A stretch of 64,000 nucleotides of DNA from a bacterium (GCA_018822665.1 JAHJJX010000030.1:31073-95072), one strand, 5' to 3'; shown: positions 36,101 to 45,721, counted from the stretch's first letter. Numbers and translations are program-made. Notes: generated by a model not told the origin, from the sequence alone.

Positions 36101-36534
36101 TGAAAATTACTTTGATGTTTATCAACCAAGTTTCTAATTTTTTTAATTTCAGCCATAGAAGAGGAGATACTTTCTATATTTTTACATGCGTAACAATTTG
36201 CCTGACCTTGCGAATGGTCATGCAGAATAGTGTTATTTTTTGTATGGTGAAGATATGCCTCTAGTTTTTGATCTACAACTTTTCTTTGTTGCGTAAGCGA
36301 CTTGAATGTATTTGGAGATGAATTTCCAAGATAGATAACTGTCATACCTCTCTCACGAGAGATGTTACCCACTAGCTCATTGAGGTATCTGTTTTCGGAA
36401 AGCTTATCTTTAAGCAATTGAGCTGATTGATAGTTTGCGTATGAGTCATACACAAAATAACTGGTCAACGAAAATAAAATAAGTATAGGGAATAGACTTA
36501 TCAGTCTCAGTCTGTTTTTTAATCCTACTTGCAT
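33160..36534 (-). CDS. Hybrid sensor histidine kinase with periplasmic NIT-like sensor, HisKA/HATPase, one canonical and two degenerate receiver-like domains
   Basis: Order is TM, NIT-like region (ISRERGMTVIYLGNSS), TM, H-box FLANMSHEIRTPLNG, G-box GGTGLGLTIS, then canonical REC (VLVAEDN...LIFMDIQMP...TKP). Receiver-like segments lacking the full acidic pocket flank the REC. Confidence 0.8.
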   Translation of the reverse strand: MQVGLKNRLRLISLFPILILFSLTSYFVYDSYANYQSAQLLKDKLSENRYLNELVGNISRERGMTVIYLGNSSPNTFKSLTQQRKVVDQKLEAYLHHTKNNTILHDHSQGQANCYACKNIESISSSMAEIKKIRNLVDKHQSNFQDVYETVYGQAQSNGIRQLEEITSNQMDQEINALSSVYITMVRAKEFTAAERDFISFAIARSTELEEDEFNKWISLIAKADSINYDTLQNKVLVAKLKALFQSEDNKELFDDINAERTSIISSAGAGEYETSSGIWFTMLSEKTNIISEAEDLLLTTMDNRAQEVQENALKFLILTFTIWMVSVILAILGYLLSNEIAKNIKNLENVLKRVAEDTSDANSESVNINLHTAEGTAQAYSLLEKIIEQTRRDKESAMEASEAKSMFLANMSHEIRTPLNGIVGFTELLKDTGLKEEQNEFVEIIEKSSENLLEIINNILDLSKIESNKLEIEDIIFNPIDEFESAVDVYAVRASEKHIDLGCFIDPELEHPLKGDPTKIKEVIINLLSNAVKFTSSSGTINVDIRKVDSNEDGITRVRFEVQDSGIGVTSEQKSRIFEAFSQADTSITRKYGGTGLGLTISSRFIELMGGQLDLYSEPGEGTTFYFTIDFEEVETLNESSKGSYSSLNALVLESSHKIKRQETYLREYLHFYGVSYTSFKDLNELETLQRQVSYDLVFVDYDYAPEDMLVTYGKLPQALVLLTKSYYMKKIDSLNINIFKTIYEPLNTSKVKQALENFTAENFNAKKVKKVNRKKFNADTSKFNANVLVAEDNIINQKLIKRTLEDLGLTITVASNGLEAFQKRKDGNFDLIFMDIQMPFLDGVEATAEILEYEEDYNQPHVPILALTANALKGDRERFLSAGLDEYTTKPLVRSEIISLLNHFLADKIVEEIVIPKNIAEIENTQENPQDASILQTQASKNEDISANIELSKNEEIKNVDPVEDKEIPETLHEEAVIEDNAEEETLPQEIITQQETPQKASYKADILLAKKSHFEAKLYIQILESLGYTYEVANDVNELEELTKESIYKLVLIDKEYDGLDLVHFSSAIKEKNVSSSLTTYLVLITDPSTPENQEDAVCVHEIIKNVVNKDLLRLIFEKFI

Positions 36535-36543
36535 ATGTTAGCC

Positions 36544-38367
36544 TTATATTTTAGATATTCCCATTAGTTTCATACTAATGCTATTTGCAGCTGTAGCTGC
36601 TATATTTGAGTCTTCGGTGCCAATGAGAGTATTGAATTCTTGCGTGAAATCTTTAACTCTCATGTTGTCGCTCATCCCTTTTAGCTTGATTGTACTTTTT
36701 TTCCACATGCCAGAGTTATTTTCAGCGATTGCACTATGAATAGACTCAATTAAAAGAGCACTCTCGTGAACAAAATCTTCAAAAAGTTCATTGAAGCTCT
36801 CTATGGCGATACCGATTTCATTGGCTATATATTTTTTATTATAATCCATCGGAATATAGATTTCTTTTTTTGTTTCTGTGATTATATGAGCTTTAGTATT
36901 TTTTTTCTCTTCTACAGGCTCATGCACAGCCTCCTGCTCTTCATTTTTGGAATCAAGAGCTACAACCGACAGCTCTTGCGTAAGTAATATATTTTCGTCT
37001 TCTTCAGGATTTGCTTCAAGTAATAAGTCATTATCGTCTATTTCATATAAATCATCTTTTTGATTATTTAGGAACTCATCGTCAGCCAATTCAGCCATAG
37101 CTATTTTTTGGGGTACGTGAGAATCTTCAATGGTATCGTCTTTGAAATCTATATATAAGCTATCGTCATCTTCGGCGTCCTCAGACGTTTTAGCTATTTC
37201 AGCGGTTGCAGTTTCTTCTTTTTCAGAAAACATATCATCATCATCTTTAAATTCTATTTCTGAAAAATCGTCATAGTTTTCATCTTCACTCTCACTTTTT
37301 GCCACAGTTGCAGAAGCAGCGGAAACTTTATGGACTTCCTGCTCGTTGCCAATCTCTTTTCCTGAAAGTTTTCTTATGATTTTATAAAATGCATCTAGAT
37401 TTGCTTTTATTTCTTTATTGTTATCTGAAGTATTAATCGTTGAAAGTGCTTCAAATGCGTCTTCAACTCGTAAATTAGCAGCAACCCCTTTAAGCTTATG
37501 GGATAATATCTTGACATTGTTATGGTCATTATCTTTGAGCGCAGAATAGAGGTTTTCTTTAAATTCTTCAGCTTGATTTATAAAGTCTTGAATAAATTCT
37601 TCTATGAGATCTACCGGCAATCCCAACTCATCGGATGCAACTTGTGGATCAAAAACATAGCTGTCATCAAAAGTGATGTTTTCTGCGCTAGTTTCCTCTT
37701 CAAATTCTACGTGAATATCATCAAGGTCTAGTCTGAGTTCATTATCTTGAGTATCAGCGACAGGAGAAATATTGCTCAAACTGCTTTGTAGTTTTTCGGG
37801 AATATCATCAATTTTGATTTCAGAAGAAGAGTCTTCGGATATATCTTCAATAATATCTTTTTCTAAAACTTGAGGACCGGTATCGGATGCATAGGGATCA
37901 TCAATCGTAACCGTTTCTTGGAAATCATTGAAAGATGTTGTAAGTTCCGGCACATCCAATTTTGCATTATGCGAAATAGTTGTTTTGGGAACAGACTTTT
38001 CTAAAACATCTTGAGCAATTTTTTCATTTTCTTCATGTGTTAATATTTTTAAGTTAGTTAAATTGACTAGATAGGCTTTTAAAGACGGATTGTCAATGAG
38101 GTAAGCAGTGCTTATATCTATTATGCATTTATAGTTTTTATTGTTTGCATGTATGATAACTTTTGAATTTTCACTCGACTCTGCACATGTAATAAAATCT
38201 ATCCAGTGAACATGTTTAAAGTTATGAACATACCCCGGTGTTTTAACAAACAAATCAGCAAAATCGGACGATTCTTTGAGAAGCTGCGATAAGTCCTTAA
38301 AGCCTAAAGCTTCCAAGTCATGTTTGTCAATTCCTAGAAATTCTCTATTGTGGTTGTAAATTAGCAT
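36544..38367 (-). CDS. Acidic Hpt-domain phosphorelay protein (one canonical Hpt, one His-less Hpt-like repeat)
   Basis: ILSHKLKGVAANLRVEDAFEAL is a canonical Hpt helix. The C-terminal STIKLKGMSDNMRVKDFTQEF aligns to it with His replaced by Ile. The middle of the protein contains long D/E-rich tracts. Confidence 0.65.
   Translation of the reverse strand: MLIYNHNREFLGIDKHDLEALGFKDLSQLLKESSDFADLFVKTPGYVHNFKHVHWIDFITCAESSENSKVIIHANNKNYKCIIDISTAYLIDNPSLKAYLVNLTNLKILTHEENEKIAQDVLEKSVPKTTISHNAKLDVPELTTSFNDFQETVTIDDPYASDTGPQVLEKDIIEDISEDSSSEIKIDDIPEKLQSSLSNISPVADTQDNELRLDLDDIHVEFEEETSAENITFDDSYVFDPQVASDELGLPVDLIEEFIQDFINQAEEFKENLYSALKDNDHNNVKILSHKLKGVAANLRVEDAFEALSTINTSDNNKEIKANLDAFYKIIRKLSGKEIGNEQEVHKVSAASATVAKSESEDENYDDFSEIEFKDDDDMFSEKEETATAEIAKTSEDAEDDDSLYIDFKDDTIEDSHVPQKIAMAELADDEFLNNQKDDLYEIDDNDLLLEANPEEDENILLTQELSVVALDSKNEEQEAVHEPVEEKKNTKAHIITETKKEIYIPMDYNKKYIANEIGIAIESFNELFEDFVHESALLIESIHSAIAENNSGMWKKSTIKLKGMSDNMRVKDFTQEFNTLIGTEDSNIAATAANSISMKLMGISKI
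36701..36712 (+). repeat. Copy of TTCCACATGCCA
   Basis: Exact 12-mer inside the minus-strand Hpt gene. The coding strand reads G-M-W-K. Confidence 0.9.
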
Positions 38368-38376
38368 TTATTCCCC

Positions 38377-38790
38377 TTAAACTTCTGCTTCTAGCATCTT
38401 GTTATATAATTCTATATTTTCTTGAATATCTTTTCTTGAAGCAGGTTTTCTTGCAGCAATATAACCAATTATCTTTTCTTGATTATCGCGAATAGGAAGT
38501 ATTTCCGAATCTACCCAATAATATAAACCGTCTTTTCTTAAATTTTTAACTAATCCGTTCCACGCCTGACCACTTTTTATCGTATCCCACATTCTTGTAA
38601 ATGCCGCTTTTGGCATATCCGGATGTCTAATAATATTGTGAGCGCTCCCCACGAGTTCTTCGGCTTTATAACCGGAGACCTCACAAAATTTTCTATTAGC
38701 AAAAATGATTACACCGTTCAAGTCTGTTTGACTTATTATCACCTTGCCTTCATAAATATACTCTTCATTTATAGGTGTTACTTTATCCAT
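38377..38790 (-). CDS. Stand-alone Aer/CetB-type PAS domain protein (probable FAD-binding redox sensor)
   Basis: ISQTDLNGVIIFANRKFCEVSGYKAEELVGSAHNIIRHPDMPKAAFTRMWDTIKSGQAWNGLVKNLRKDGLYYWV closely follows the E. coli Aer PAS signature (HN.VRHPDMP..F..W..L..G..W.G.VKN). Confidence 0.8.
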   Translation of the reverse strand: MDKVTPINEEYIYEGKVIISQTDLNGVIIFANRKFCEVSGYKAEELVGSAHNIIRHPDMPKAAFTRMWDTIKSGQAWNGLVKNLRKDGLYYWVDSEILPIRDNQEKIIGYIAARKPASRKDIQENIELYNKMLEAEV

Positions 38791-38859
38791 TAAAAAACCT
38801 TATACCTGTAAAATAACTATAGTCCGTATGAATATATCATAATCAAAAGAAAATAAAAC

Positions 38860-40662
38860 TTATTTGTAAATATTTTTGATAACTTTTGCATCTTTTACGC
38901 TCAATATTGAACTTATATCATCAATGCTTAATATTTTAAGTGCTTCAAATGTTCCAAAGTGATTAAGCAGTTTTTTTACTTTAGCCTCAGATATCCCATG
39001 TAGAGTCAATAATGTACTCTCTTTGTCTCGTTTGAGTTTTGTTTTTTTATGAAATCCAATGGCGCTTCTGTGCGCTTCATCTCTAAGATTTTGTATCCAT
39101 TGAAGCCTTTTATCGCTTGCTTGGAGTTTAAAGCTTTCATTTTTTGTGTGAATAATGTCATTTGCCTTCCCCTTTGCACGGTGGGATTTTGCATCAATTT
39201 TTTCTTTGGAGATAGCAACAACATCAATAAAAACACCAAGAGAATCTAAAATTTCGGATGCAAGTTTCAATAAAGTTGTTCCTCCATCAATAACCCATAA
39301 ATCAGGAGGAGAATTTTTAGAAAAACTCTCAACTCTTCGTGTAAGTGTTTCTTTCATTTGCGCGTATTCATTTTTTGCTTCCAAATGATAGGTTCTGTAA
39401 CTTTGTTTATCGAAATTGGAATTTTCATAAACAATCATAGCCCCGATGGCAGCTTCTCCGCTCATGTGTGAATTGTCAAAAGTCTCCACCCTGTTTGGTA
39501 TTCTTTGCAAAGATAAAAGCGCTTGTATTTCCTTTAAGAGTTTAGTCATATCTTTAGGATTTTCTTTTTTTAAAAGTTCTTGCGCGTTCAAAACAGCTAA
39601 GTCGATAAGATGTTTTTTATTTCCAATCTTCGGTACCCGTATCTGCGCTTTTTTTTCAAAAACTGTGCTTAAATATTTTTCCATTACTTCTTGCTCTTCA
39701 AATTCGCAGGCAAGCAAAATCGGGGCTACAATAGGCGGTTTTCCATGAGCATAGAAATCCATGAGAACTCTTTGATAAAGCTCATTTTCATCATACCCCT
39801 CGTTGAGTTGTATATAATCGTGCGATGATGAGATTATTTTTCCGTTTCTCATAAATATTCGTACGACTACGGCTTTTGTTTCATTGTGATGCAGAGCAAA
39901 AACATCATAGTTTTCAACACTTGCAAAATCAATTTCACTTTTTATTTGTGAACGATTGATTCTTTCTATCGTATCTCGAAGTTCACCTGCTTCTTCAAAC
40001 CTGAGTTCTTCGGCATAAAATTCCATCTTTTGGCTTAGTTTATTGATGAGTGTTTTTTTGTTTTGAATCAACTCTATTGCAAAATCCAATTCTTTTTTAT
40101 ATCGGGCATGTGGAACTTCAATTTCACATGGACCAAGACACCGATGTATTTGATAATAAAGACACAGTTTTTTGGAACTTAGACATCCTTTTTTTTGCAC
40201 AAGCTTGCATAGTTCGTAAATGGAATCCAATATATCTCTCGCTGCAACTGAATAAGGGCCAAAATAGGTAATATGGGGAGAGTCTATAATTTTCCTAGTT
40301 ATTTCAAATCGGGGGTATTTCTGCGAATTGTCTATGTAGATGTAAGGGTATGTTTTATCATCGCGCAGTAAAATATTGTACTTTGGATTGAGCTGCTTTA
40401 TAAGAGAGTTTTCGAGGATGAGCGCGTCATGTTCAGAATTTACAATGATGTAGTTGAGCGTAACTGTTTGAGATATCATCTTTGTTATTCTGGCAGAAAG
40501 CTTGGAATTTGCTTGTAGCTCCGGCGTAAAAGTAAAGTAGCTTTTTACTCTTTTGGATAACTCTTTAGCCTTTCCTATATACAGCAAATGGCCGTCTTTA
40601 TCAAAATATTGATAGATTCCCGCACTATTTGGAAGTTGTTTAATCGTTTGTTCGAGTGTCAT
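38860..40662 (-). CDS. uvrC: Excinuclease ABC subunit C
   Basis: GIY-YIG N-terminus ([25 protein letters not shown]), UVR domain, RNase H-like endonuclease domain and a C-terminal HhH. Confidence 0.9.
   Translation of the reverse strand: MTLEQTIKQLPNSAGIYQYFDKDGHLLYIGKAKELSKRVKSYFTFTPELQANSKLSARITKMISQTVTLNYIIVNSEHDALILENSLIKQLNPKYNILLRDDKTYPYIYIDNSQKYPRFEITRKIIDSPHITYFGPYSVAARDILDSIYELCKLVQKKGCLSSKKLCLYYQIHRCLGPCEIEVPHARYKKELDFAIELIQNKKTLINKLSQKMEFYAEELRFEEAGELRDTIERINRSQIKSEIDFASVENYDVFALHHNETKAVVVRIFMRNGKIISSSHDYIQLNEGYDENELYQRVLMDFYAHGKPPIVAPILLACEFEEQEVMEKYLSTVFEKKAQIRVPKIGNKKHLIDLAVLNAQELLKKENPKDMTKLLKEIQALLSLQRIPNRVETFDNSHMSGEAAIGAMIVYENSNFDKQSYRTYHLEAKNEYAQMKETLTRRVESFSKNSPPDLWVIDGGTTLLKLASEILDSLGVFIDVVAISKEKIDAKSHRAKGKANDIIHTKNESFKLQASDKRLQWIQNLRDEAHRSAIGFHKKTKLKRDKESTLLTLHGISEAKVKKLLNHFGTFEALKILSIDDISSILSVKDAKVIKNIYK
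40105..40115 (-). repeat. Copy of TTCCACATGCC (GGCATGTGGAA on + strand)
   Basis: Exact 11-mer inside uvrC. The coding strand reads V-P-H-A. Confidence 0.9.
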
Positions 40663-41095
40663 TTTTAGCTTTTATAATATCTTGAATTGACCTTACAAGA
40701 GTGTTGAGTTTTTCATCTTTTATATTTATTGCAAAATTTCCTGAAGCTCTTTCTGGATATTTGGCTTTTTTTATATCTGTTTTTACAGAAACTTTGATGA
40801 AAGTATGCGTTACAAAGGCTTTTATGTCACTAAAAGTGGTCTCTTCGCAATCCTCCGGCATATAAAACTTTAAAGCACTTTTAATACTTTGTATACTATT
40901 ATCAAACTCTTGTTTACCGGCAGGATGATTTAGCACAAAAAATAGAATATCATTTTTTACATAAGCGAATTTTATCATCTTTTGTAGAGCCGGAATAAAG
41001 AGTGATTGTATTTTGTTTATACATTTATATTTTGTGAGTTTAGAAAATTGAGGCTTACTTTGAAGAGAATTAATAATTTGACCAGCGTTTTTCAT
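40640..41095 (-). CDS. DUF721/DciA-like protein
   Basis: 151 aa. The pattern [23 protein letters not shown] resembles the DUF721 core (..L.v.v.s..w..el). It overlaps the uvrC start by 23 nt. Confidence 0.35.
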   Translation of the reverse strand: MKNAGQIINSLQSKPQFSKLTKYKCINKIQSLFIPALQKMIKFAYVKNDILFFVLNHPAGKQEFDNSIQSIKSALKFYMPEDCEETTFSDIKAFVTHTFIKVSVKTDIKKAKYPERASGNFAINIKDEKLNTLVRSIQDIIKAKNDTRTND

Positions 41096-41110
41096 GGGGC
41101 AATTATAGCA

Positions 41111-41242
41111 ATGTTTTTATTAAGTTTGAGTGGATGTGGATATAAAAAAGCTCCATATTATTTAGAAGAGGCACCTGCGGGTGATACTAATGTTGAATTT
41201 ATCCTAAAAGATAAAAATACAAAAACAAATGAAAAATATTGA
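41111..41242 (+). CDS. Small lipoprotein, LptM(YifL)-like (43 aa)
   Basis: MFLLSLSGCGYKKAPYYLEE... has a lipobox LSGC followed by GxKxPxY, as in E. coli LptM (TGCGLKGPLYFP). It lies within the longer track ORF 41006-41242, directly upstream of nadB. Confidence 0.4.
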   Translation: MFLLSLSGCGYKKAPYYLEEAPAGDTNVEFILKDKNTKTNEKY

Positions 41243-41251
41243 GAAAAATGA

Positions 41252-42697
41252 ATGCAGTATGATGTAATAATAATTGGTGCCGGAGTTGCAGGTCTTTATG
41301 CGGCTATCAATATACCAAAAGATAAAAAAGTGCTTATTATCAATAAAAGGGAAACTTTTAAGTGTAATAGTTTTTATGCTCAAGGCGGAGTGGCATTGGC
41401 GGTGGATGATGCAGATGTTCCTTTGCATATTCAAGACACATTGGATGCAGGTTCCGGATTATGTGATGAAGAAGCCGTAAAGGTCTTGAGCGAAAATTCA
41501 AGAACCGTGATTGATGATTTAATTAATCGCGGGTTTAAGTTCGATACAGACAAAGAGGGAAAACTGCTTTATACGCAAGAAGCAGCGCACTCAAAAGAGA
41601 GAATTATTCATGCCGGCGGAGATGCAACGGGAAGATATATGCATTTGTTCCTGCTAGAACAGAATCCACACCCTATGCTCACAGATACAAGAGTCGTAGA
41701 TTTGCTGATACAAGATAAAGAGTGCTATGGCGTTACAGTTTTGGATAATAGAGAATCCAGAAATATATATGCAAAAAATGTAATTATCGCCAGCGGAGGA
41801 GTCGGTTCACTCTTTGAATATCATACGAATGCCCCGTGTATCAGTGCTGATTTGCAAGGTCTTTGTGTTTTAAAAGGGATAGAGTTGGAGAGAATGGAGA
41901 TGATGCAGTTTCATCCAACCGTATTTGTCAATAGTGATTTGGCGCAAAAGCTGCTTCTTACAGAAGCGCTTCGAGGCGAAGGAGCTACGATTGAAGATGA
42001 AAATGGAAGAAGATTTTTGTTTGATTATGATGAGAGAGGCGAACTTGCTTCAAGAGATATTGTAAGCAAGGCAATATACGATTATAATAAAAAAACAGGT
42101 TCAAAAACATATCTTTCACTCAAAAATTTTGAGCATGTTTACTTTACAAAAAGATTTCCGAATATATATAAAAACTTGCAACTCCTAGGTTTTGATGTAC
42201 CAAGACAACGAGTTCCTATCTCTCCGGCTTTTCATTACGCGATAGGTGGAATAAAGAGCGATTTGAATGGTTCCGTGCCCTCTGTAAAATCTCTTTATGC
42301 AGTGGGGGAAGTTGCATCTACGAAAGTGCATGGGGCAAACAGACTTGCTTCAAACTCCTTGCTTGAGGGCTTGGTGTTTGCCAAAAGGGCCGTCGAAACT
42401 ATACTCAAATCTGATGTTGAAAAAAAAGATGTTCTATTTGAAGTGAGCGACGAGGAGATGAGTTTAAAAGAAGATAAGGATAAAAAAAATCTGCTTCGTC
42501 ACATCATGTGGGAAAATGTTTCAATCGTTCGAACAAAACAGGGCTTAAATGATGCATTAAATCAAATTAATACACTTTTGAAAGAAAAAATTGGTAAACT
42601 ACTGAAATTTCGTTTACTAACAGCAAAAGAAATAGTTCTTGCAGCATTGGCTCGTGAGAAGTCTATTGGTGTACACACAATTTTAGAGGAGAAGTGA
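41252..42697 (+). CDS. nadB: L-aspartate oxidase
   Basis: DVIIIGAGVAGL FAD motif, AQGG, HPT and a GANRLASNSLLEG-type C-terminal flavoprotein signature. Confidence 0.85.
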   Translation: MQYDVIIIGAGVAGLYAAINIPKDKKVLIINKRETFKCNSFYAQGGVALAVDDADVPLHIQDTLDAGSGLCDEEAVKVLSENSRTVIDDLINRGFKFDTDKEGKLLYTQEAAHSKERIIHAGGDATGRYMHLFLLEQNPHPMLTDTRVVDLLIQDKECYGVTVLDNRESRNIYAKNVIIASGGVGSLFEYHTNAPCISADLQGLCVLKGIELERMEMMQFHPTVFVNSDLAQKLLLTEALRGEGATIEDENGRRFLFDYDERGELASRDIVSKAIYDYNKKTGSKTYLSLKNFEHVYFTKRFPNIYKNLQLLGFDVPRQRVPISPAFHYAIGGIKSDLNGSVPSVKSLYAVGEVASTKVHGANRLASNSLLEGLVFAKRAVETILKSDVEKKDVLFEVSDEEMSLKEDKDKKNLLRHIMWENVSIVRTKQGLNDALNQINTLLKEKIGKLLKFRLLTAKEIVLAALAREKSIGVHTILEEK

Positions 42698-44028
42698 TGA
42701 CAGAAGCACACGGAGCAGCAGGACACGCAGTAGATCTTGCAGTTGAGCCATTCGGTTGGTTATTATTGGCAATATTTGTGGTGGGGTATTATTTTATTGC
42801 AGCAGAAGAAAAGTATCACATAAACAAAGCAAAACCTGCCTTATTTACAGGGACATTTATGTTTATGCTGCTTGGCGGTTATTATGCATTTAACGGTCTT
42901 GATTTTTCTGCTTTTGATACAGAAATAGCACACCTTATTTTAGAAATAGCAGAAATTTTCTTTTTCTTGTTTGTTGCAATGACTTTCATTGAAGCACTGA
43001 TAGAAAGAAATGTTTTTGATGCTCTTAAAGAGAAGCTTATGAAAGCCGGATACAGTTATAAACAACTTTTCTGGGTAACAGGATTTTTGGCATTTTTTAT
43101 CTCGCCTGTAGCTGATAACTTAACTACAGCATTAATCTTATCTACTGTACTTATTACAATAGAAAAAAATAACAAAGCTTTTTTAGTTCCAGCGGCTATC
43201 AATATAGTTGTTGCTGCAAATGCAGGTGGTGCATGGTCTCCGTTTGGTGATATTACAACTCTAATGGCATGGTCGGCAGGCAAAGGAGCATTCATTGACT
43301 TTCTATTCTTATTCCCTGCCTCAATCACTGGGTGGTTGGTTACTGGCTGGTTATTAAGCCGTTTTGTACCGGATACTACACCTCCAAAAGTGGATACTGG
43401 CGAGCCTGTTCATATTCACAGAGGCGGAAAAGTTATAATCTTTTTGGGTGTATTTACGATAGCATCAGCAGTATTTGGAAAACAGCTGATGCATTTACCT
43501 CCAATGTGGGGAATGTTATTTGGCCTTTCACTTTTACAGCTTTATGCGTTTACGCTTAAAAAATACCATGACCATGATATTCAGATATATAAGTCCGTAT
43601 CAAAAATTGAAAATGACACGTTGCTGTTTTTCTTTGGTATCTTAGCCGCAGTTGGCGCATTACACTTCGCTGGTTTTCTTGCACATGCAGTAAATTTATA
43701 TACAATGTTTAGTCCAACTTCTGTAAATATAGGTGTCGGCTTCTTGTCTGCGGTCGTAGATAACGTTCCTGTTATGTCTGCTGTGCTTAAAGCTTCTCCA
43801 GATTTGGAGCTTTCTCAGTGGATGCTTGTGACATTAACTGCCGGTGTGGGTGGTTCTATGATTGCGTTTGGTTCTGCTGCTGGTGTCGGTGTTATGGGGA
43901 AACTCAAGGGGATTTATACTTTTAACTCACATATGAAATTTGCTTGGGCAATTTTAATCGGTTATATTGTTTCTGTAAGCGTATGGTATCTTCAGTTTGA
44001 GGTTTTAGGTCTTTATATTAAACATTAA
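42694..44028 (+). CDS. NhaD/ArsB-superfamily Na+/H+ antiporter
   Basis: About 12 TM segments. DNLTTALI and VDNVPVM motifs are typical of NhaD-type antiporters. The start overlaps the nadB stop. Confidence 0.55.
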   Translation: MMTEAHGAAGHAVDLAVEPFGWLLLAIFVVGYYFIAAEEKYHINKAKPALFTGTFMFMLLGGYYAFNGLDFSAFDTEIAHLILEIAEIFFFLFVAMTFIEALIERNVFDALKEKLMKAGYSYKQLFWVTGFLAFFISPVADNLTTALILSTVLITIEKNNKAFLVPAAINIVVAANAGGAWSPFGDITTLMAWSAGKGAFIDFLFLFPASITGWLVTGWLLSRFVPDTTPPKVDTGEPVHIHRGGKVIIFLGVFTIASAVFGKQLMHLPPMWGMLFGLSLLQLYAFTLKKYHDHDIQIYKSVSKIENDTLLFFFGILAAVGALHFAGFLAHAVNLYTMFSPTSVNIGVGFLSAVVDNVPVMSAVLKASPDLELSQWMLVTLTAGVGGSMIAFGSAAGVGVMGKLKGIYTFNSHMKFAWAILIGYIVSVSVWYLQFEVLGLYIKH

Positions 44029-44123
44029 TCTAACTTTGTGTATCCTTTCATGACTTGAAAGGGTTCACTCCCTTCTTTAGAGCCTTTTGGCACCTCAAAA
44101 CACTTTTATTAAAGGCATTTACA

Positions 44124-45674
44124 ATGACAAATGTTAGTATCATAGTTTTAGACTTTGGTTCTCAATACACTCAACTTATAGCTCGTCGTCTTCGTGAAGA
44201 TAAAATTTATTGCGAAATTCTTCCTTATCATACTCCTGTAGAAGAAATTAAAGCTAAAAATCCAAAAGGTATTATCCTTAGCGGTGGACCTTCCTCTGTT
44301 TACAATAAAGATGCTTATGTAGTAGATCAAGGTGTATACGGCATGGGTATTCCTGTTCTTGGTATTTGCTACGGTATGCAAAGAATTGCGGTAGACTTTG
44401 GTGGAAGTGTTATCCGCTCAAGCCATCATGAATACGGTAAAGCAGAGCTCAAAATAGAAAATGCAGGAGAGGGATGCTCACCTCTTTTAAAAGATTGTGA
44501 TGACGGGAGAATCGTATGGATGAGTCACAGCGATAAGGTAGACGTATTGCCAGAAGGCTTTTCACCAATCGCAACTTCTGCAAATTCACCTTATGCAGCC
44601 ATTTCAAATGAAGAAAAACGTGTGTATGCAATGCAGTACCATCCGGAAGTTCAACACTCGGAAGAGGGTTATTTAATGCTTCGTAACTTTGCAAAAAATA
44701 TTTGTGGAGTGACTGAAAAATGGAAAATGGAACATTTCTTAAAAGAGCAAATTGCTAAAATTCGTGCACAGGTGGGAACTGGAAAAGTTCTTTGCGGACT
44801 GAGCGGAGGCGTTGACAGCTCTGTTGTAGCGGCTATGCTTTATGAAGCAATCGGCGATCAGTTGATACCTGTATTTGTAGATAACGGTCTTCTTCGCAAG
44901 GGGGAGAGAGAACAAGTTGAAGAAGTATTTAAAATCAATCTTAAAGTTCCTTTGGTAACAGTGGATGCTAGGGAGAATTTTTTAGGCAAACTTGCGGGTG
45001 TGAGCGATCCTGAAACAAAGCGCAAGATTATTGGACATACTTTTATTGAAGAGTTTGAAAAAGAAGCAAAAAAACATGATGGCATTAAGTTTTTAGCGCA
45101 GGGTACTCTTTACCCTGATGTAATCGAATCTATCAGTGTAAACGGCCCTTCAGAGGTTATTAAATCTCACCATAATGTTGGCGGTTTGCCTGACTGGATG
45201 GATTTTGAACTTATTGAGCCTTTGCGCGAGCTTTTTAAAGACGAAGTACGTAAAATAGGACTTGAGCTAGGACTTCCAGCAAGTATGATAAACCGTCATC
45301 CATTCCCTGGTCCAGGGCTTGCTATAAGAATTATGGGAGATGTAAACGAGCCGGATTTAACACTTCTTCGCGAAGCGGACGTAATTTTGCTCGATGAACT
45401 TAAGGCGAGTGGATATTACGCTAAAACATGGCAGGCTTTTGTGGTTTTACTGAACGTGAAATCTGTCGGCGTTATGGGCGATAACCGCACGTATGACAAT
45501 ACTGTTTGTGTAAGAGTTGTTGAAGCTGTCGATGGAATGACTGCAACTTTTGCGCACCTTCCTCATGATTTACTTGAAAGAATCTCAAGAAGAATCATTA
45601 ATGAAGTAGACGGAATCAATAGAGTTGTTTATGATATCTCCTCTAAGCCTCCGGCTACCATCGAGTGGGAATAA
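44124..45674 (+). CDS. guaA: GMP synthase (glutamine-hydrolysing)
   Basis: GATase domain ([25 protein letters not shown]), ATP-PPase SGGVDSS and a C-terminal dimerisation domain ending PPATIEWE. The ATG at 44124 is preferred over the track start at 44055. Confidence 0.95.
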   Translation: MTNVSIIVLDFGSQYTQLIARRLREDKIYCEILPYHTPVEEIKAKNPKGIILSGGPSSVYNKDAYVVDQGVYGMGIPVLGICYGMQRIAVDFGGSVIRSSHHEYGKAELKIENAGEGCSPLLKDCDDGRIVWMSHSDKVDVLPEGFSPIATSANSPYAAISNEEKRVYAMQYHPEVQHSEEGYLMLRNFAKNICGVTEKWKMEHFLKEQIAKIRAQVGTGKVLCGLSGGVDSSVVAAMLYEAIGDQLIPVFVDNGLLRKGEREQVEEVFKINLKVPLVTVDARENFLGKLAGVSDPETKRKIIGHTFIEEFEKEAKKHDGIKFLAQGTLYPDVIESISVNGPSEVIKSHHNVGGLPDWMDFELIEPLRELFKDEVRKIGLELGLPASMINRHPFPGPGLAIRIMGDVNEPDLTLLREADVILLDELKASGYYAKTWQAFVVLLNVKSVGVMGDNRTYDNTVCVRVVEAVDGMTATFAHLPHDLLERISRRIINEVDGINRVVYDISSKPPATIEWE

Positions 45675-45685
45675 TAGAAGTGAAC

Positions 45686-45721
45686 ACAATTATTTACAGG
45701 GTTTGCCCTGTAAATAATTGT
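45686..45721 (+). terminator. Strong hairpin after guaA
   Basis: ACAATTATTTACAGGG-tttg-CCCTGTAAATAATTGT forms a perfect 16-bp stem. No U-tract follows it. Confidence 0.6.

Noticed and set aside
44055-44123. Long N-terminal extensions in several track ORFs: guaA 44055, atpE 56286, fliW 29375, trpS 6050, purD 29429->49429 region, ribA 914.
   Set aside because: The internal ATGs are preceded by Shine-Dalgarno-like sequences and give the conserved family N-termini. The extensions have no homology-like content, and some overlap neighbouring genes or promoters.
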